A stretch of 36,893 nt of DNA, taken from NCBI GenBank assembly GCA_965233585.1, contig CBDDTI010000401.1:1-36893 (forward strand), given 5' to 3'. The position numbers were made by a program, and so were the translations under genes. The stretch's first letter is position 1; each line of letters opens with the position of its first letter. Source of the stretch: a bacterium. GTDB lineage: Bacteria > SAR324 > NAC60-12. Below, piece after piece: positions 31,818 to 36,893 of this stretch. A model generated the notes under the pieces. That model worked only from the letters and a program-made list of their open reading frames with translations, was not told the origin of the DNA and searched no databases.

Positions 31818-32204
31818 AAGTTCTATAACATCTGTGATTATTAGTTATGTCATGTCTCAATAATTGAATGCTTAAGTTTTATTACCAAAAAAACAAATTT
31901 TATAAAAAAATTTTTGAGAAAAAGACCTCTTTTGATGGCCCAAAAACACAAAATTTCCATTTTTTCTGAGACTCAATATTTGGGATCGGGCAAAACATTA
32001 CACAGTAGCTCAAAAACCCCTCTCCCTCACTATTCTCTCTCTACCAGCCTAGCTACTCAACTGAAAAAGATGATGCAATCTCAAGTTCGAAGACGAAAAA
32101 AATTCAAATGGATCTGGAAACTTCAGAGAAGATCAAGATTCATGATCAAGATTGGGCCCGTCTCCAACAACGTGGCCGTAAGAAGTCTAAAAAGGCGGTA
32201 TGCC

Positions 32205-33999
32205 CAGGGTATTGATGATCGCCGATCATTTGATTGGGAATCGTGATTTTTGGCGATTTTTGGTGATCGTGATTTGATTGGAATTACCATTGTAGATGAT
32301 CGTGATTTGAGTGATTTTTTTTTCCAAAATGTCCCTCTCGATCTCGATCACACTAAATAATAGTTATAGCATAGGTGTTCACGCCATGACATCTCAGAAC
32401 GAACTGAATGTATCACGCTTTTTTTTCCTTCTGTTATTTCGTCCAGCATAGCCACTATGCTGTTGAGAGGGGAGGAAGGCAGAAATGCACTGTTATAGCG
32501 GGTCTGCAGCACAAACATTGCTCTTCCCCCTCAGCACAGTAGCTGACTGACCCATGTTTGTGCTGCGGATCCGCTATAACAGTGCATTTCTGCCTTCCTC
32601 CCCTCTCAACAGCATAGTGGCTACGCTGGACGAAATAACAGAAGGAAAAGAAAAGGTGGTTTATTCTCTATTCAGTTCGTTCTGAGATTTCATGGTGGTA
32701 AGATTTATTGTGGCAGTCAGCTGTGATAGTGCATTTTTGACTTTTCCTTTTTTGGCAACTATTAATAGATTCAAAAAAATGGCGCCAAAAATTTTAAGGG
32801 AGATGAAATTTAATTATGCTTTTATCACATTATTAGAAGTTGTTTAAGTACTCTTTCCTATCAAATAGTAAATAGTACAGACTGAATAATCTAATTTGAA
32901 CAGTTTTTCTCAATATTCACCCTCTAAATGAGTTTTTAAGTTAATCATGGCATAAGTGTGTAATTAGTTAATTAGTCAGTAGTAAAGGTTGAAAATACTG
33001 CAAAACCTTCCACATCCATTTAAAAGCTAAACCAATATCGTGTTGTTTTTTTAAACAGGTCACTGTAATTTTCATGAAATCTCTTCAGTAATATTTTGAG
33101 AGACCTTGTTTCAATCGTTCCTACGTACATTATGCACCTTCTACATTAATTTGAACTTGATTGGTCCAGTATTTCACTTAGAATTCATCAAAAACCAACT
33201 TCTACAAGCACAACTCCCTACTACATAACAGGAAAGGAAGAGAGGAAGGAGTCTCTGTCAATAAGCAGAATTTCAAAATGCAATTACAACTTCCCATTTA
33301 ATTGAAATGTTCCAATTCTTTTTGGAAATGATTACTACACCTGTCAGGAAGCTGTTTATAACAATAAACCACCTTTTACCATCATATCTTTCATTTTTGA
33401 GGTCCATGACAAGGGGGTCATGTTATGAGGTAATTATAGGTAATTAAGAAAAAAGCATTAAACAAAAAAGATGGGTCCTGCCAACATGAAGAAATAACAG
33501 TTGGTTCTATGAGAATCTACTGAGTGGTTTCCACAAAAAACACAGTGACCTGTTTAAAAAAACAACACAGTATATCAGAAACTGGTTCCCCTTACCACAC
33601 TGTTTCAATCAAATCTTTGTCCTTTTTAGCAGCTAAACATCTGCTGCTTAGACTTTGTCGTCAAGTACAGAAATTTGCATCAAGTACAGAAATTTGCATC
33701 AAGTATTGAATTTCTGTACCTTGGATTATAGATTGCAGGCAATATTTTCCAGAAAAATAGGTCAAAATTGACTGGCTTGAACTTTGAACAATAGTTATTA
33801 TTGAAAATGAAAACTTGTTAGAAATATAGTAGTCAAATTTTGATCCTAAAAAGTTATGTAGTGTGATCTGATTGGTGATTGGTGAGTGATTGGAATCACC
33901 ATTTGAAATTGTGATTGGTGAGTGATTGAAATCACAATTTTTGACCAGTGATTGGTGAGTGATTGGAATCACCATTTTTCGTGATTGTGCAAATACCTG
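32205..33999. mobile_element. Non-autonomous hAT-like element, copy 3
   Basis: Same termini; perfect 8-bp TSD GGTATGCC. Confidence 0.88.
32384..32695. mobile_element. Fold-back MITE (~312 bp) nested in hAT copy 3
   Basis: Near-perfect ~135-bp inverted arms around a ~35-nt loop. Confidence 0.85.
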
Positions 34000-35213
34000 G
34001 GTATGCCTGAGCTGAGTTCATTTCAAGATCGTGGACCTTTTCCGCCGATTCCCTGTTGGATGGCATCCTCGTGGCGGCGGCGGCCGGGGTGGAGACGGAG
34101 GTACTGGCGGTCTTCCGGCCCAACTCCTTGGCTTCCGTAGCCTCGCAGGGGTCGACGACGAGCAGTCCGGATCTCTGGAAATGAGTAGGGTGGCCTGTAG
34201 CTCTGAAATTAAAGAAGATGGGCTACGTTCAGTTGAGCGTCAACATGGCAATCACAACCCTTTCAAAGTCGCTGGTTTTAAGAGCAAAGAACAGCTACGT
34301 AGCTCTGAAATGAAAGAAGATGGCCTACGTTTCGTTCTCAGGGGAAGTGAAGATCTGTATTTCAATATAATTGAATATTGAATATAATTTGAAAATATAA
34401 TATATATATATATATATTTTTTTTTTGAGAGCAAGCAACGGAAATGGAAGAGATCAACGTGATGTGATATCAATCCCAAACAAGAGCAAGCTTGCTTTTC
34501 GTTCTCAGGGGAAATGAAGTGCGGAAAGTGGCGATCAACCACTTTTTTGAGAGCAAGCAACGCATACTAGCTTGGAAGATCAATCACTTTTTTAGAGCAA
34601 GACAATGTCTTCTCGACAACGCCTTCTCGGCAACGCCCTCTCGGCAACGCCCTCTCGACAACGCCTTCTCGATGACCTTGTCTCGACAACATCTTCTCGA
34701 TGTCTCTGTCTCCGATGGCCTAGAAAATCGGCGATCAAGCACTTTTTGAGAGCAAGCAACGCCTACTAGCTTGGTAATGGAAAAAGTTTCGTTTACGTTT
34801 AGTTCTCAGGGGAAATGACGACGTGAATTGATATATAAAGTTATAAACTCGTGTTTTAGAGAAAACTTAGTACAAATATATTTTTGGACAGTAAACACCT
34901 CATGTAGGAAATCAAAAATACCTAACAGTCTCTTCTGAGAGTCTGAGAGTTGTCTTGGTTTGCTGATCATGTGTAATAGCACAAAAAAAAGCTCACTTCC
35001 CGGTTCACCAGTCTTTGGCCTTACTTTCAATGATCGTTAAGAACTTGTAGAGGGCCGAATTTCCAGACCTGATCGACGAGTATAAAAGCGCAAGTTGCTT
35101 TTTTATCGTTGACCGTGTAGAGTTTCCGAATGAAGAGAGAGTTGTCGTTTCAGGTACCGACCACGTTCACTTTCATGTTTGCCTCACTTTCAAAGATCTA
35201 AAGCTGTCACCGC

Positions 35214-35584
35214 TTGAAGCTGGGGAAATCATTGCTCTACTACCACGACGATTAGCTTGAAATATACGTAGAGTTTTATCGTTTGAAGCTGGGGAAATCG
35301 TTGCTCTCTGTTACCACGACGATTAGCTTGAAATATACAGAGAGTTTTATCGTTTGAAGCTGGGGAAATCGTTGCTCTCTGCTACCACGACGATTAGCTT
35401 AAAATATACGGAGAGTTTTATCGTTTGAAGCTGGGGAAATCGTTGCTCTCTCTTACCACGACGATTAGCTTGAAATATACGGAGAGTTTTTTGGCATTTG
35501 AAGCTGGAGAAATCGTTGCTCTTTCCTACCACGACAAAAGCTTGAAATATACGTAGAGTTTTTTGGCGTTTGAAGCTGGGGAAA
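35214..35584. repeat. 71-bp tandem repeat, ~5 copies
   Basis: GTTTGAAGCTGGGGAAATCG at 35281, 35352, 35423, with further diverged copies on both sides. Confidence 0.9.
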
Positions 35585-36893
35585 TGTTGTCTTAGATCCC
35601 GACCCCGTTCACCTTACTTTCAACCGCGTTGAGTTTCCGGCATTGAGTTTCCGGCATTGAGTTTCCGGATCTTCATGAGAATTTCTGCCTAATTTCAGCC
35701 CAAGCTACCTTCTGCCTGCTGTTATTCTGCCTGCCTGCCTTGCCATAGATATATTATACTGTACATAATAGTACTCTGTGTGCTTCAGCTTCTTTAAAAG
35801 GTAGAAGGTAAAAGGCATAGATAAGTAAATGGTAAGAGCATAGATAGGGAAAAAGGTGCTTTTTTCTGCCAGATTTCAGCCCAAGCTAGCTTCTGCCTGC
35901 TGTGATTCTGCCTGCTTTGGCTTCTTTAACTCATCTCTAGCTATAATTATCTATGCCCCTTCCTTCTCTTTACTTGAGAGAACTTACTGTAAAATTTGGG
36001 CAAACGAAACATACATTAAACAATCACGAAACCTTTCATTTTTGATAAAAGGCCATTTTTTTGACCTTTAGGGGGCTGGCTTCAAACATGAAGCTGTATT
36101 TTTGTATTCCTCATGATCCTGTCTATCAACTTTATTATTATCAATTGGAGATGAATGACCTTGCAGTCAGAGAAAAATGTGTTTGAATTATTAAGACAGT
36201 ATATCCTTATGTTAATACCGGCAGCCCAGTGGGAAAAAAAGGGCAAATCTAATACACCTATGGCCTGTGGCTTTAGACCAAGTCATATAGAGGATACTTA
36301 GGCACAAAGAGTAGTATATACTACGTTGACATTTTTTATTATAAAAACGCTAGTACGGTGAAATTATACAAAATACAAAAAATGCAATGCTACCTGGCCC
36401 GTCCATAGAACCTACAATTTTAAAATTTTATGAAACTTATCCGATTTTCTACCTTAAATTTCTCCAATTTTTAATATCAAAAAAAATTTTTTTTCTATTA
36501 TATAGAATGTGAATATTTTAAAATGCTCTTAAGGCTTTATTAGAGAAAAAAAATTATAATAATATATATATATTTTTTTTATTTAGTAACAGAGGTTTCC
36601 TCCTCCACCTGCTAAAGGCAGTGAGGGCCGTCCCTAAAATTAAGTCGACCATACCCATTATGAAATTTTTTTGTCTGAAATAAAGCCTTTAGACCATGAT
36701 AAAATGTTCACATTTTAGATAATAGAAAAATTTTTTTTGATATAAAAAATTGGAGAAATTTAAGGTAGAAAATTAGGTAGGTTTCATGAAATTTTAAAAA
36801 TGTGGTTCCATCATCAGCACTGAAGAGTGCTGCTGTTCATAGGTATATCATAATACTCTGAGCTGCACCCTCCAAAAAAATCCAAAAAAACTT

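Noticed and set aside
31305..31844. 179-aa repeat protein (likewise ORFs at 23824, 24726, 28904, 864 and 1181)
   Set aside because: Open frames arise from repeat units or low-complexity repeats; starts often lie in unrelated transposon ends and paralogous copies do not keep the frame.

Overview
Eukaryotic, probably invertebrate, genomic DNA. Positions ~1503-22875 hold an apparently intact ~21.4 kb Polinton/Maverick (adintovirus-like endogenous virus) bounded by long satellite-containing terminal inverted repeats. It encodes the expected core: RVE integrase with chromodomain, protein-primed PolB, packaging ATPase, adenain-like protease and capsid proteins. Unusual content includes (1) an adjacent TBP-like plus TFIIB-like gene pair, i.e. 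its own basal transcription module; (2) a terminal-protein-like ORF separated from a pPolB whose OTU-like protease Cys appears replaced by Asn, recalling adenovirus organisation; (3) two tandem major capsid paralogs and a penton made of two fused penton-like units; (4) four short GT-AG introns in pPolB and two in an acidic gene; (5) non-canonical GGATGAC termini with no target-site duplication. The flanks are non-coding host repeats: three hAT-like non-autonomous elements with 8-bp TSDs, several MITEs and minisatellites. Protein calls come from motif recognition by eye, not searches, and novelty could not be verified.
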